Positions 30,001-39,635 of a stretch of 64,000 nucleotides of DNA are shown piece after piece; the stretch's first letter is position 1, and every line of letters begins with the position of its first letter. The translations under genes and the position numbers were made by a program. The notes beneath the pieces were generated by a model. That model was not told the DNA's origin. It worked only from the letters and a program-made list of their open reading frames with translations, and did no database searches. Source of the stretch: Parcubacteria group bacterium (GTDB taxonomy: Bacteria; Patescibacteriota; Minisyncoccia; Moranbacterales; UBA9337); the NCBI GenBank assembly GCA_041662245.1, contig JBAZSW010000002.1, forward strand, positions 89,017 to 153,016, given 5' to 3'.

Positions 30001-33000
30001 TCTGGTGCGTCCACTTTGCTGGGCACGACTGATTTATATACTAACAATTATCAGATTAACATCCCGTGCTATTATGACAGTGCCGCCGATACGACTGCCG
30101 TGACAGTTTCTGGTTACACCACGGCGGTGCCCAATTACATCAAAATCTATACGCCGTATAATACGACGACGGAGAGTAATAATTCGCAAAGGCATAGCGG
30201 GAAGTGGGACGCCACGAAATATCGTCTCGTCACAACTTTGGGTAATATTTCTGTCAGTTATGTTAATAATGTGAAAATAGACGGACTGCAATTGGAATCG
30301 CAAGCCACAGTGGCGAGAAGAGTTATTATAATGATTGGCTCTAATATGGCAATTTCCAATAATATTTTGCGATATTCAGGTGCAGCGCCTGTTGAAGCGA
30401 TTTTTTGTAATTCTACCCAAACCAATATTGATGTTTGGAACAATATTGTTTATGGTTTTGCTAATGGCGGTGATGGAATATATATAACAAATAATAATAA
30501 TGGTAGCGCAAGGGTTTATAATAATATTGTATATGGCGGTACATACGGGATTACTACTGGTAATACTGATATTATTGCTAAAAATAATATTTCTTATAAC
30601 AATACTACTTATGATTTCTCTTCCGGCACTTTCCATTCCACCTCCACCAACAATCTTTCTAAAGATGCCACCGCTCCGCCACTCAACACTTATTACACTA
30701 GTAAAACTTTGGCTTTTACTAGCACCACTGCCGGCGCCGAAGATTTTCATTTGGTGGCCGCTGATACGGATGCAATTAACAAAGGGGCGGATCTCTCCGC
30801 CGACACCAATTTGGCTTTTTCCACCGACATCGATTCTCAAACCCGCAATCTACGCAGTGAGGGCTGGGACATCGGCGCCGACGAGGCCGCCACACAAATA
30901 TTTTACAGTGTCGGACAAAACACATCTGACCACAAAACCGGTTCGCCATTGGTCACAGTCAGTGGTACGACGGCGACTTTTGACACCGCCCAAACAGCTA
31001 CCAATATGGGCGTGGGGGATTTGGTCACGTACACGGGTGGCACGTGTTATATCTCCGCTAAAACTTCTACCACCGTTTGGTCCTGTCTTAGTGTGACGGG
31101 TGGCGCGCCGACCGCTGCCACTAATGCAAGTGTTACGAGCATCGCGCATGCCTTTGCATCTCTCGAAGGCGCCGTGGATGCCGACATGGCTACGGGCGCT
31201 TTTGATGCAACGCATTTGAATACTAAAGATTTAGTGGCGGGCAACTATCAGCTCAATGTGCCGTGTTATTATGATAGTGGAGCGGATACTACTGCGGTGG
31301 TGGTGCGATCTTGGACGACGGGAGCGCAGGATTATATTCGGATTTATACACCGGTGAGTACGACCACTGAAGTCAATCAGACGCAGAGGCACAGTGGGAA
31401 GTGGGATAGTGGGAAATATAATATGCTAATCAGCTCTGGTGCGAGCGGGAAAGCCATATATGTTGCTAATCAATATATTCGCATAGATGGATTACAGATA
31501 AAAACAGTCGGTTATGGAGGAATTTGGTCAAATGTTATATACGGTGCTAAAGGTCAAATTATCAGTAATAATATTATTTGGGGAAGTGGAACTTTCACTG
31601 CTGCTGGACAAGGAATTGGTTGGTTTGGTAATGTAGCTAGCGTATCAGCTTACAATAACATCATTTACGGGTTTACTTATGCCGGTTCGTATGGTATTAG
31701 GTTAGACCAATATACTCAAGATAAGACGCCGGTGGTTTATAATAACACTGTTTATGGTTGTGACACGGGAATTTTACAAGACGCCGATGCCTATTATTCC
31801 AACAACATCGCCTACAACAACGGCGTGGATTTTAGCGGTACGTCCAGAGCCGGTTCGACCAACAATCTTTCCAAGGACGGTACGGCAACAGGAACGAACG
31901 CTAAAATAAATCAAACAGTGGCATTTACTTCCACCGCTTCTGGTAGTGAAGATTTTCATCTCGCCTCCACTGATACGGCGGCCAAAAATTCTGGGGCGGA
32001 TTTGTCAGCGGACGCTAATCTACCATTTGCTACCGATATCGACGGCGCTTCGAGAAATGCGAGCATCAATGCTTGGGACATCGGCGCGGATGAAACAGCC
32101 ACGCAGATATTCTACAGCGTCGGTCAAAATACTTCTGATCACAAAACCGGTTCCCCAACGGTCACCGTTAGTGGCACGACCGCCACATTTGACACCGCTC
32201 AAACAGCTACCAATATGGGCGTGGGGGATTTGGTCACTTACACTGGTGGGACTTGTTATATTTCTGCTAAAACTTCTACTAGCGTTTGGTCTTGTGTTAG
32301 TGCAACTGGTGGTACACCAACGGTGGCCAGCGGTGCAAATGTCACGTCCATCGCGCACGCTTTTTCAGCTTTGAGCACAGCCCTTGATGCGGACTCTATT
32401 TCTACTTCAGCCGGTAATTCATCGCATCTCAATACGAATAATCTGGTGACGGGCAATTATCAACTTAATGTGCCCTGCTACTATGATAGTGGTCCGGATG
32501 TCGGGGCGTATGTCCGAAGCTGGACAACAGGTGCACAAAACCATATTAAGATTTACACGCCGGTGAGCACGACAAGTGAAGCTAATCAGACGCAACGGCA
32601 TAGTGGGAAGTGGGACAACACGAAATATTCCATAAACGCCACGGGTCTAGGTCAGAATATAAATTCATGGAATATCGATTTAGTAATCGAGGGTCTTCAG
32701 ATTTACAAATATGCCGCAGATGGTTATACCTCTATAATAACTGTTAACCCAGCTGCATTTTCCAGGATATCTGCCAACATATTCAAGGGTGACAATAACT
32801 TTGGCTCTGCTTATGGAATAAGTGGTGGAAGTGCCAGTTTGAATGTAAATATATACGATAATGTTTTTCAAGATTTTAGATCGCCCTCCAGTTATTTTTG
32901 GACGATAAATCCGGCGGCGGGCAATTGGTATGTCTACAACAACACTTTCTATAATTGTCACATCGCTCTTCGGGGAATCTCTGGCATGGTGGCCAAAAAT

Positions 33001-36000
33001 AATATCGTTCAAAACTGTGTCGATGGGTATGACGGCACATTCAATTCCGCTTCCGACTATAATATTTCCGATCTCGCTTCAGACAACACTGGTGGGGCGC
33101 ATGACAAACAAGCCACCGTGGCTTTCGCTGACACTGCCAACAAAGATTTTCACCTCGCCCCCACTGACACGGCCGCCAAAAATTCCGGCGCGGATTTATC
33201 AGCGGACGCATATCTGCCATTTGCCACCGACATCGACGGCCAGACCAGAAGTGCTACCCCCAGCTGGGACATCGGCGCCGATGAAGCGGCTAATGCTGTC
33301 TACTATTCTGTCGGGCAATCCACGGCGGATTTGAAAACCGGTACGCCCAATGTCGCCATCACCTCGGGCGTGGCTACTTTTGACGTTGCGCAGACTGGGA
33401 ACATCGGGGTTGGGGATGTTATGATCGCTAACGCTATCTCATATTACATATCAAGCAAAACTTCCACCACTGTTTGGAATGTGGTTACCAATACGGGTGC
33501 TACGCCAACTGACATCACGTCCACGGCCGTGACTTCCATCAAGCATGTTTACACTTCACTTAACTCTGCCTCTTCCGGTGCCGGCACACTCCTTGGCACA
33601 ACTGATCTATACACTAACAATTACCAAATCAACATCCCTTGCTATTATGACGGTGCAGCCGACACGACATCTGTGACAGTCTCTGGCTACACCACGGCTG
33701 TGCCCAATTACATCAAGATTTATACGCCATATAATACGACGACCGAGAGTAACAATTCGCAAAGGCATAGCGGGAAGTGGGACGATGCAAAATATCGTTT
33801 AGTATCGGCCAGTCCTACAACCGTCCAACTCAATAGCTCCTATATCATGCTTGAAGGTATTCAACTAAAAAATACCAATACAACATCGGGTGCTGATACC
33901 GCCATAATATATACCAGTTTAAATAACGCTAATTCTTTGTTGACAATCAATAAGAATATTGTTGTGGCTCAAGTGTCCGGAGTTGGCACGATGTATGCTT
34001 TTAAGGATATCTATCAGACGACCAAGAACGCTATATTCAGTAATAATTCTTTTTATAACATAACCGGCGGGACGGCGGAAGATAGAGCTATTATTATGGA
34101 TGGAGGAAACTTTTATATATATAACAACACTATTTATAATGCCGAGGCTGGACTTAAAATAACTTATTCTTCCACGGTTATCGCTAAAAATAATATAGTG
34201 CAAGGCGCTACGGATGGATATTATGGTACTTTTGATTCCTCTTCTGATTACAACATTTCCAATCTATCCAGCGACACGACGGGTGGCGCGCATGACAAAC
34301 AAGCCACGGTGGTTTTTATTTCTACTACGGCCGGCGTTGAAGATTTTCATCTAGCTTTGACTGACACCGCTGCACGAAATTCCGGAGTGGATTTGAGCGC
34401 CGACACCAGTTTCGCTTTCACCACCGACATTGACTCTCAAACCAGAAATCAAAACGCTCTCGGTTGGGACATCGGCGCCGACGAGGCCGCCACACAAATA
34501 TTTTACAGTGTCGGGCAAAACACCACTGACCACAAAACCGGTACGCCGTTGGTCACGGTAGCGGGTACGATGGCGACTTTTGACACCGCCCAAACCGCCA
34601 CCAATATGGGCGTGGGGGATCTGGTCACGTACACGGGTGGCACTTGTTACATTTCGGCTAAAACTTCCTCTACCATTTGGAGTTGTATATCTGCGACGGG
34701 TGGCACGCCAACGGCCGTCATCAACGCGAGCGTCACTTCCATCGCGCATGCCTTTGCATCTCTCGAAGGCGCCGTGGATGCCGGCACTGCTTCGGGGGCG
34801 TTTGATGCGTCGCATCTCAACACCAAAGATATAATGGCGGGCAACTTTCAACTCAACATTCCTTGCTATTATGACAGCGGAGCGGACACTACGGCTGTCA
34901 CCGTGCAATCTTGGACGACGGGAGCACAGAATTATCTTAAGATTTATACGCCCAACAACACGACCAGTGAAGTCAATCAGACCCAAAGACATGCTGGGAA
35001 ATGGGATGATACTAAATATGATCTTAAAATATCAACTAATGCCCACAATATGCAAATTTCAATTAGTTACATTCATATTGATGGATTACAAATATACCAA
35101 TATGCTGATAATTCAGCCAAGGTCAGTTTATATGTCTACTCTCCTAATACAGGCATAGAAATATCAAATAATATTATTCGGGGTAGGGGTAGTTATACAA
35201 CAGGGACACATTTGGGGATAAATATCGCCACTTCTAATAAAATATGGAACAATATTATTTATAATTTTAATGTAACTGGCTCAGTCGGAATCAATTCAAC
35301 GGGCAGTTATACGAATCAATACATATACAATAATACTATCTATAATTGCGCTGTAGGTATTGCTCGATCAAATGCTACGGTAATTCTCAAAAACAACATT
35401 GCCTACAATAATGGAACTGACTATTCTGGCACTTTCGATGCTTCTTCCACCAATAATCTTTCCAAAGATGCTACGGCTCCGCCTCTCAACACTTATTACA
35501 TCAATAAAACATTGGCTTTCACCAATGTTACTTCCGGCGCCGAAGATTTTCATTTGGCCACTACTGATACGGATGCCATCAATAAAGGTGCGGATCTCTC
35601 TGCCGACACCAGTCTATCTTTCACTACCGACATCGACGGTGCGGGTCGAATCGCGGCGGTGAACGCGTGGGACATCGGAGCCGATGAAACCGCCACCCAG
35701 ATTTATCGCTCGGTCGCTCCGAGCGCCACAGCAGTTTTGGAAAGTGATACTTCCCACGCTAGAACTGTGACAATCACCAGTGGAGTGGCCACTTTTAGCA
35801 ATGCTCTCTCTGACACTATTGGAGTCGGGGACGCTGTCCTCATCGATACAGGTGGTACGGATCAAACCATTGATGCTAGTGATACTATATTATTCATCAG
35901 CAGCAGAAATAGTGCTACCAGCTACAACCTACAAACTCATACAGGAGCTACTCCCAGCGACATTACTATCAATGATACATACAGTATTTATCGAGCTTAT

Positions 36001-39000
36001 ACCAGTGTAAGTTTAGCGGAAGCGGGCACCAAAAATACGAGTATCCCGATAACTTTTAACGGAGGCAATCGTGATTTAGTTACCAACAATGAACAGTGGA
36101 ACTTGGCTTGTTATGCTAATGGAGTGACAGCGGATACGACATCAGTAATAATTACTGGTTGGACCACTGCGCAACAGGACTTTATTAAAATTTATACCCC
36201 TGTATCGACAACTGAAGTAGGGACGAGTCAAAGGCACGGGGGGAAGTGGGACAGCGGATTTTTTAGAATGGAGAACATTTCATACAGTCTGTATATATCA
36301 GTTGACAATATTGTCATTGATGGAATTCAATTCTACAATAGTAATAATGTTGGAAACTCGTCAGGCATTTATCTTACTGGTGCGGGAGGGATAGAAAACA
36401 TAACGTTTAGTGGAAATATTTTTAGGGGTTTGGGATCATATAGCGACGGCAATTTACATAGTGGTATTTCTGCTACGGGACTAACTCCGACAGCAGGTTC
36501 AGTAGTTAAAATTTATAATAACATTGTTTATGATTTTTCCGGTTCATCGCTAAGTGGAATAGGCATAAACGCTGTAAAAGGAACTCGAACATATTATATT
36601 TATAACAATACTGTGTATAATATTGTGGGTTATGGAATCAATAATTATAGTGCTGCGGCAGTGGTAGCTAAGAATAATATTGTGCAAAATTGTACCGATG
36701 GATATGTTGGAACTTTTACTAGCTCCGACTACAACATCTCCGACATCGCTGCCGACAACACTGGTGGGGCGCATGACAAACAAGCCACCGTGGCTTTCGC
36801 CGACACTGCCAACAAAGATTTTCACCTCGCTCCCACCGACACCGCCGCCAAAAATTCCGGCGTGGATTTGAGCGCGGATGCTAATTTGCCAATCACCACC
36901 GACATCGACGGCCAGACTAGAATCGCCACTCCCGGTTTTGACATCGGCGCGGATGAAGCGGCTAATGCCGTCTATTATTCCGTCGGCCAATCCACCGCGG
37001 ACTTGAAGACCGGCACACCGAATGTTTCCATTGCCAGCGGTACGGCCACTTTTGATGTGGGGCAAACTGCTAATATCGGGGTTGGGGATGTGATGATCGC
37101 TAACGCCATTTCATATTACATATCAAGCAAAACTTCCACCACCGTTTGGAATGTGGTTACGGTGACAGGCACCACTCCCACCAACATCACTTCCACGGCT
37201 GTCACTTCGATCAAGCACGTCTATTCTTCTTTGAATTCCGCCTCCTCCGGTGCGGGCACACTTCTTGGTACGAGTGATTTGTATACTAACAATTACCAAA
37301 TCAATATCCCATGTTATTATGACAGTGCCGCCGACACGACGGCGGTGACTGTGCAAAATTACACTACCGCTGTGCCCAATTATATTAAAATTTATACGCC
37401 GAATAATACGGTGACGGAGAGTAATAATTCGCAGAGGCATAGCGGGAAATGGGACACGGGGAAGTATAGCCTCTCTAACAGTGCAGTAGCAGATGCTTTA
37501 AGAATTAATAATAACAATGTTGTTATTGCTGGTTTACAGATTAATCAGCAGTATAATGCTGATTATTATGATGCAATCGCAGTGGGAGCTGATAATCGCA
37601 ATGCGATGATCTTGCAAAATATTCTAAAAGATTCTGGTGCGACCAATTCGGGGAACGCCGTTTATGTAGGCAATAGTACCAATACGTCAATTCCGAGTAT
37701 GATTTATATTGTGAATAATGTCGCTTATGGCTGGAAATCAGATGCTATAAATGTTGGTGGCGTTGGAGATAATGGGGCATTTGTGTACAATAATACATTA
37801 TATGGAAACGGCACCTGTGGCATAAATCAAAATAGTTATTATGATGTTGTCGCTAAAAATAATGTTGTAAATTCTAGTGGTACTTATGGTTATTGTACTT
37901 CTCATCTTTCAACGCCTTTAAATTACGCTACCTCTTCCACTAACAATATTTCCTCTGATGCCACCGCTCTGGGATCAAATTCCAAAATCAATGCTACCGT
38001 TAAATTTATTTCTACCACCAGTGGTAGTGAAGATTTACATTTATCTCCCGAAGATAAAATGGCTAGAGATTTCGGAGCAGATTTGAGTGTGGATGCCAAT
38101 TTTGCCTTTAGCACTGACGTTGACGGTTCTGTTCGGACAGTTTCTTGGGATGCAGGAGCCGATGAAACGGCGACACAAATCTTCTACAGTGTCGGACAGA
38201 ACACCACTGATCACAGCATCGGCAGTGGTGGTGCCACTTGTTCTACTACGGGGGCTTGCACCATCACTATTGCCGGTGGCATGGCTACTTTCAATTATGC
38301 CCAAACCGCCACCAATCTCGGAGTGGGTGATAAGGTGACTTACAATACCACGAGTGTGGCTTATATTACCCAAAAAATTTCTCAAACCCAATGGAAATTA
38401 ATGACAGCCACAGGTGGAGTGCCAGCCGACGTCGGCACGGCCCAGACTTTGAATTCCATTACGCATGCCTTTGCCTCATTGGAAGGTGCGGTGGATGCTG
38501 ATAATGCCAATGGTGCCTTTGATTCAACCCATCTCAACACCAAAGATTTGGTGATTGGAAATTACCAACTCAATGTTCCTTGTTATTATGACACAGGCGC
38601 GGATACGATGAATGTAATATTGAGATCTTGGAAGACAAGCACGCAGAATTATATCAAGATGTACACGCCCAATAATACTACTAGCGAAGTCAATCAGTCT
38701 CAGAGACACAACGGTAAATGGGACGCGACGAAATATTCCTTATCCAGTACGGGCCTTGGCTCAAATCTTTATACCGCGGATAATAGTACGGGCAATGGCA
38801 ATGTCATAATTGAGGGCATTCAATTCTACAGATATAGCGCTAGCAATTTTACATCTGTATTATCTCTGCCCTCGACTAAGAATTCATTCAAAAGAATATC
38901 TTCTAATATATTCAAAGGGGAAGTAAATTATTTATCCAGCACTTATGTCATTTCCGGAGGGGTAGCCGGAGCAGATGTTTATATCTATAATAATATTTTT

Positions 39001-39498
39001 CAAGATTTTAAGCCCGCCAGCGGATATGTCTGGGGATTTAATCCGAGTGCTGGCAATTGGTATGTTTACAACAATACTTTTTATAATTGTGACGTGGCGA
39101 TTAGACGCGGGGCATCGAATAATATGTATGTCAAAAACAACATCACCCAAAATTGTACTGACGGATATTATGGAACTTTTGACGCATCTTCCGATTATAA
39201 TATCTCTGACCTCGCTGCTGACACTGCGGGTGGCGTGCACGACAAACAAGCCACTGTGGCTTTTATTGACGCTACCAATAAAGATTTCTGTTTGAAGACA
39301 AGCGATACGGCGGCCAGATATGCAGGAATAAATCTTTCTACTGATAGTTATTTACCTTTTACAAATGACATTCGAGGCAAAGCTCGTCCCAAATCTCCCG
39401 ATGCTTGGAGTATCGGCGCTTGCGAAAATCTCGATTCTACAAAAGTAAAAATGGAAGGCACGCAGATAAAATTGGAAGGAGATGTGAAATTTGAGTAA
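27097..39498 (+). CDS. Giant secreted modular protein (4133 aa): signal peptide, 10 modules, no LamG tail
   Basis: Same signal peptide. Ten modules each end in the DFHL...TDIDG..R...WDIGADE motif. The last ends ...DAWSIGACENLDSTKVKMEGTQIKLEGDVKFE. Confidence 0.85.
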   Translation: MSKFQKLLLILVFTIIGLSSASLASAATQIYRSVASGVTATLATDSSHANTVTVTSGTATFSAALPDNIGVGDAVLIDTGGTDQTIDASDTLLFIHARASSTSYTLKTHTGATPSDISINDTYSIYRAYTSLSNAEAGTKNTNIPITFNGGDRNLVTNDEVWNFACYAAGTTADTAMTTIDSWTTDSTRYMRIYTPVSTTEVGTSQRHSGKWDESKYYISIGNNSAGIYYNIKYLVIDGIQIKVTSSDSSGSVGIQAYNSSIVAGGEITIKNNIVRGQLSGTDPGSAGIATSGYSPNSGVIKIFNNIVYDFARVTGTPQAIFFGAGDHYIYNNTIINCYGGLYKNGGSSAAVAKNNIVKGATDAYYGTFTTGTDYNATDGTDDIGTGSNNKISQTFSFIDETNDDFHLSSTDTAARNSGIDLATDTYSPFATDIDGAGRSATVNAWDIGADETATQIFRSVGPSATAVLESDTSHARTVTLTSGVATFSVALADDIGVGDAVLIDTGGTSNAIDASDTILFISARNSSTSYNLQTHTGAAPSDITINDTYSIYRAYTSLSLAEAGTKNTSIPITFNGGNRDLVTNNEEWNLACYANGVTADTTSVTVAGWTTAQQDFIKIYTPVTTTEVGTSQRHGGKWDMGKYNLTVDSGSWRAITNEVSYMTINGLQISKDCQNNNDSNAVRDQGVGGLVNISNNIIKETSTNSLTASQGVRKHWGSGTVLIWNNIIYGWHGTGNYVSGIVNASASAAYLYGYNNTIYDCNIGIRRDTGTIIAKNNITQNCTDGYSGTFDSSSDYNISDLASDNTGGAHDKQATVAFADTANKDFHLAPTDTQAKNSGADLSADANLPFTTDIDGQTRSATPGWDIGADEAANAVYYSVGQSTADLKTGSPNVAITAGVATFDVAQTGNIGVGDVVVANAISYYISSKTSTTVWNVVTVTGATPTNITSTAVTSIKHVYTSLNSAVSGASTLLGTTDLYTNNYQINIPCYYDSAADTTAVTVSGYTTAVPNYIKIYTPYNTTTESNNSQRHSGKWDATKYRLVTTLGNISVSYVNNVKIDGLQLESQATVARRVIIMIGSNMAISNNILRYSGAAPVEAIFCNSTQTNIDVWNNIVYGFANGGDGIYITNNNNGSARVYNNIVYGGTYGITTGNTDIIAKNNISYNNTTYDFSSGTFHSTSTNNLSKDATAPPLNTYYTSKTLAFTSTTAGAEDFHLVAADTDAINKGADLSADTNLAFSTDIDSQTRNLRSEGWDIGADEAATQIFYSVGQNTSDHKTGSPLVTVSGTTATFDTAQTATNMGVGDLVTYTGGTCYISAKTSTTVWSCLSVTGGAPTAATNASVTSIAHAFASLEGAVDADMATGAFDATHLNTKDLVAGNYQLNVPCYYDSGADTTAVVVRSWTTGAQDYIRIYTPVSTTTEVNQTQRHSGKWDSGKYNMLISSGASGKAIYVANQYIRIDGLQIKTVGYGGIWSNVIYGAKGQIISNNIIWGSGTFTAAGQGIGWFGNVASVSAYNNIIYGFTYAGSYGIRLDQYTQDKTPVVYNNTVYGCDTGILQDADAYYSNNIAYNNGVDFSGTSRAGSTNNLSKDGTATGTNAKINQTVAFTSTASGSEDFHLASTDTAAKNSGADLSADANLPFATDIDGASRNASINAWDIGADETATQIFYSVGQNTSDHKTGSPTVTVSGTTATFDTAQTATNMGVGDLVTYTGGTCYISAKTSTSVWSCVSATGGTPTVASGANVTSIAHAFSALSTALDADSISTSAGNSSHLNTNNLVTGNYQLNVPCYYDSGPDVGAYVRSWTTGAQNHIKIYTPVSTTSEANQTQRHSGKWDNTKYSINATGLGQNINSWNIDLVIEGLQIYKYAADGYTSIITVNPAAFSRISANIFKGDNNFGSAYGISGGSASLNVNIYDNVFQDFRSPSSYFWTINPAAGNWYVYNNTFYNCHIALRGISGMVAKNNIVQNCVDGYDGTFNSASDYNISDLASDNTGGAHDKQATVAFADTANKDFHLAPTDTAAKNSGADLSADAYLPFATDIDGQTRSATPSWDIGADEAANAVYYSVGQSTADLKTGTPNVAITSGVATFDVAQTGNIGVGDVMIANAISYYISSKTSTTVWNVVTNTGATPTDITSTAVTSIKHVYTSLNSASSGAGTLLGTTDLYTNNYQINIPCYYDGAADTTSVTVSGYTTAVPNYIKIYTPYNTTTESNNSQRHSGKWDDAKYRLVSASPTTVQLNSSYIMLEGIQLKNTNTTSGADTAIIYTSLNNANSLLTINKNIVVAQVSGVGTMYAFKDIYQTTKNAIFSNNSFYNITGGTAEDRAIIMDGGNFYIYNNTIYNAEAGLKITYSSTVIAKNNIVQGATDGYYGTFDSSSDYNISNLSSDTTGGAHDKQATVVFISTTAGVEDFHLALTDTAARNSGVDLSADTSFAFTTDIDSQTRNQNALGWDIGADEAATQIFYSVGQNTTDHKTGTPLVTVAGTMATFDTAQTATNMGVGDLVTYTGGTCYISAKTSSTIWSCISATGGTPTAVINASVTSIAHAFASLEGAVDAGTASGAFDASHLNTKDIMAGNFQLNIPCYYDSGADTTAVTVQSWTTGAQNYLKIYTPNNTTSEVNQTQRHAGKWDDTKYDLKISTNAHNMQISISYIHIDGLQIYQYADNSAKVSLYVYSPNTGIEISNNIIRGRGSYTTGTHLGINIATSNKIWNNIIYNFNVTGSVGINSTGSYTNQYIYNNTIYNCAVGIARSNATVILKNNIAYNNGTDYSGTFDASSTNNLSKDATAPPLNTYYINKTLAFTNVTSGAEDFHLATTDTDAINKGADLSADTSLSFTTDIDGAGRIAAVNAWDIGADETATQIYRSVAPSATAVLESDTSHARTVTITSGVATFSNALSDTIGVGDAVLIDTGGTDQTIDASDTILFISSRNSATSYNLQTHTGATPSDITINDTYSIYRAYTSVSLAEAGTKNTSIPITFNGGNRDLVTNNEQWNLACYANGVTADTTSVIITGWTTAQQDFIKIYTPVSTTEVGTSQRHGGKWDSGFFRMENISYSLYISVDNIVIDGIQFYNSNNVGNSSGIYLTGAGGIENITFSGNIFRGLGSYSDGNLHSGISATGLTPTAGSVVKIYNNIVYDFSGSSLSGIGINAVKGTRTYYIYNNTVYNIVGYGINNYSAAAVVAKNNIVQNCTDGYVGTFTSSDYNISDIAADNTGGAHDKQATVAFADTANKDFHLAPTDTAAKNSGVDLSADANLPITTDIDGQTRIATPGFDIGADEAANAVYYSVGQSTADLKTGTPNVSIASGTATFDVGQTANIGVGDVMIANAISYYISSKTSTTVWNVVTVTGTTPTNITSTAVTSIKHVYSSLNSASSGAGTLLGTSDLYTNNYQINIPCYYDSAADTTAVTVQNYTTAVPNYIKIYTPNNTVTESNNSQRHSGKWDTGKYSLSNSAVADALRINNNNVVIAGLQINQQYNADYYDAIAVGADNRNAMILQNILKDSGATNSGNAVYVGNSTNTSIPSMIYIVNNVAYGWKSDAINVGGVGDNGAFVYNNTLYGNGTCGINQNSYYDVVAKNNVVNSSGTYGYCTSHLSTPLNYATSSTNNISSDATALGSNSKINATVKFISTTSGSEDLHLSPEDKMARDFGADLSVDANFAFSTDVDGSVRTVSWDAGADETATQIFYSVGQNTTDHSIGSGGATCSTTGACTITIAGGMATFNYAQTATNLGVGDKVTYNTTSVAYITQKISQTQWKLMTATGGVPADVGTAQTLNSITHAFASLEGAVDADNANGAFDSTHLNTKDLVIGNYQLNVPCYYDTGADTMNVILRSWKTSTQNYIKMYTPNNTTSEVNQSQRHNGKWDATKYSLSSTGLGSNLYTADNSTGNGNVIIEGIQFYRYSASNFTSVLSLPSTKNSFKRISSNIFKGEVNYLSSTYVISGGVAGADVYIYNNIFQDFKPASGYVWGFNPSAGNWYVYNNTFYNCDVAIRRGASNNMYVKNNITQNCTDGYYGTFDASSDYNISDLAADTAGGVHDKQATVAFIDATNKDFCLKTSDTAARYAGINLSTDSYLPFTNDIRGKARPKSPDAWSIGACENLDSTKVKMEGTQIKLEGDVKFE

Positions 39499-39572
39499 TG
39501 GCCTTTGATGGGGAAAGTGTGTTGGGATGTAATTATAGTAAATAACGCTATTTTAGGGGATTTGGGGAACTA

Positions 39573-39601
39573 TTGACATTTTTTATTAAAAACAGTACAA
39601 T
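39573..39601 (+). promoter_or_regulatory. Promoter TTGACA (39573-39578), 17-bp spacer, TACAAT (39596-39601)
   Basis: Canonical hexamers and spacing. The track ORF begins at the TTG of the -35 hexamer, so the true start is more likely the ATG at 39636. Confidence 0.55.
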
Positions 39602-39635
39602 AAGGGCAGAAATTAATATTAAATTCATACATTAT

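Noticed and set aside
5008-39498. Diversity-generating retroelement (DGR) as the source of module variability
   Set aside because: No reverse transcriptase, template repeat or adenine-specific mutation pattern is visible in the window. The variability is spread across whole beta-helix segments rather than focused in a variable-region/template-region pair.
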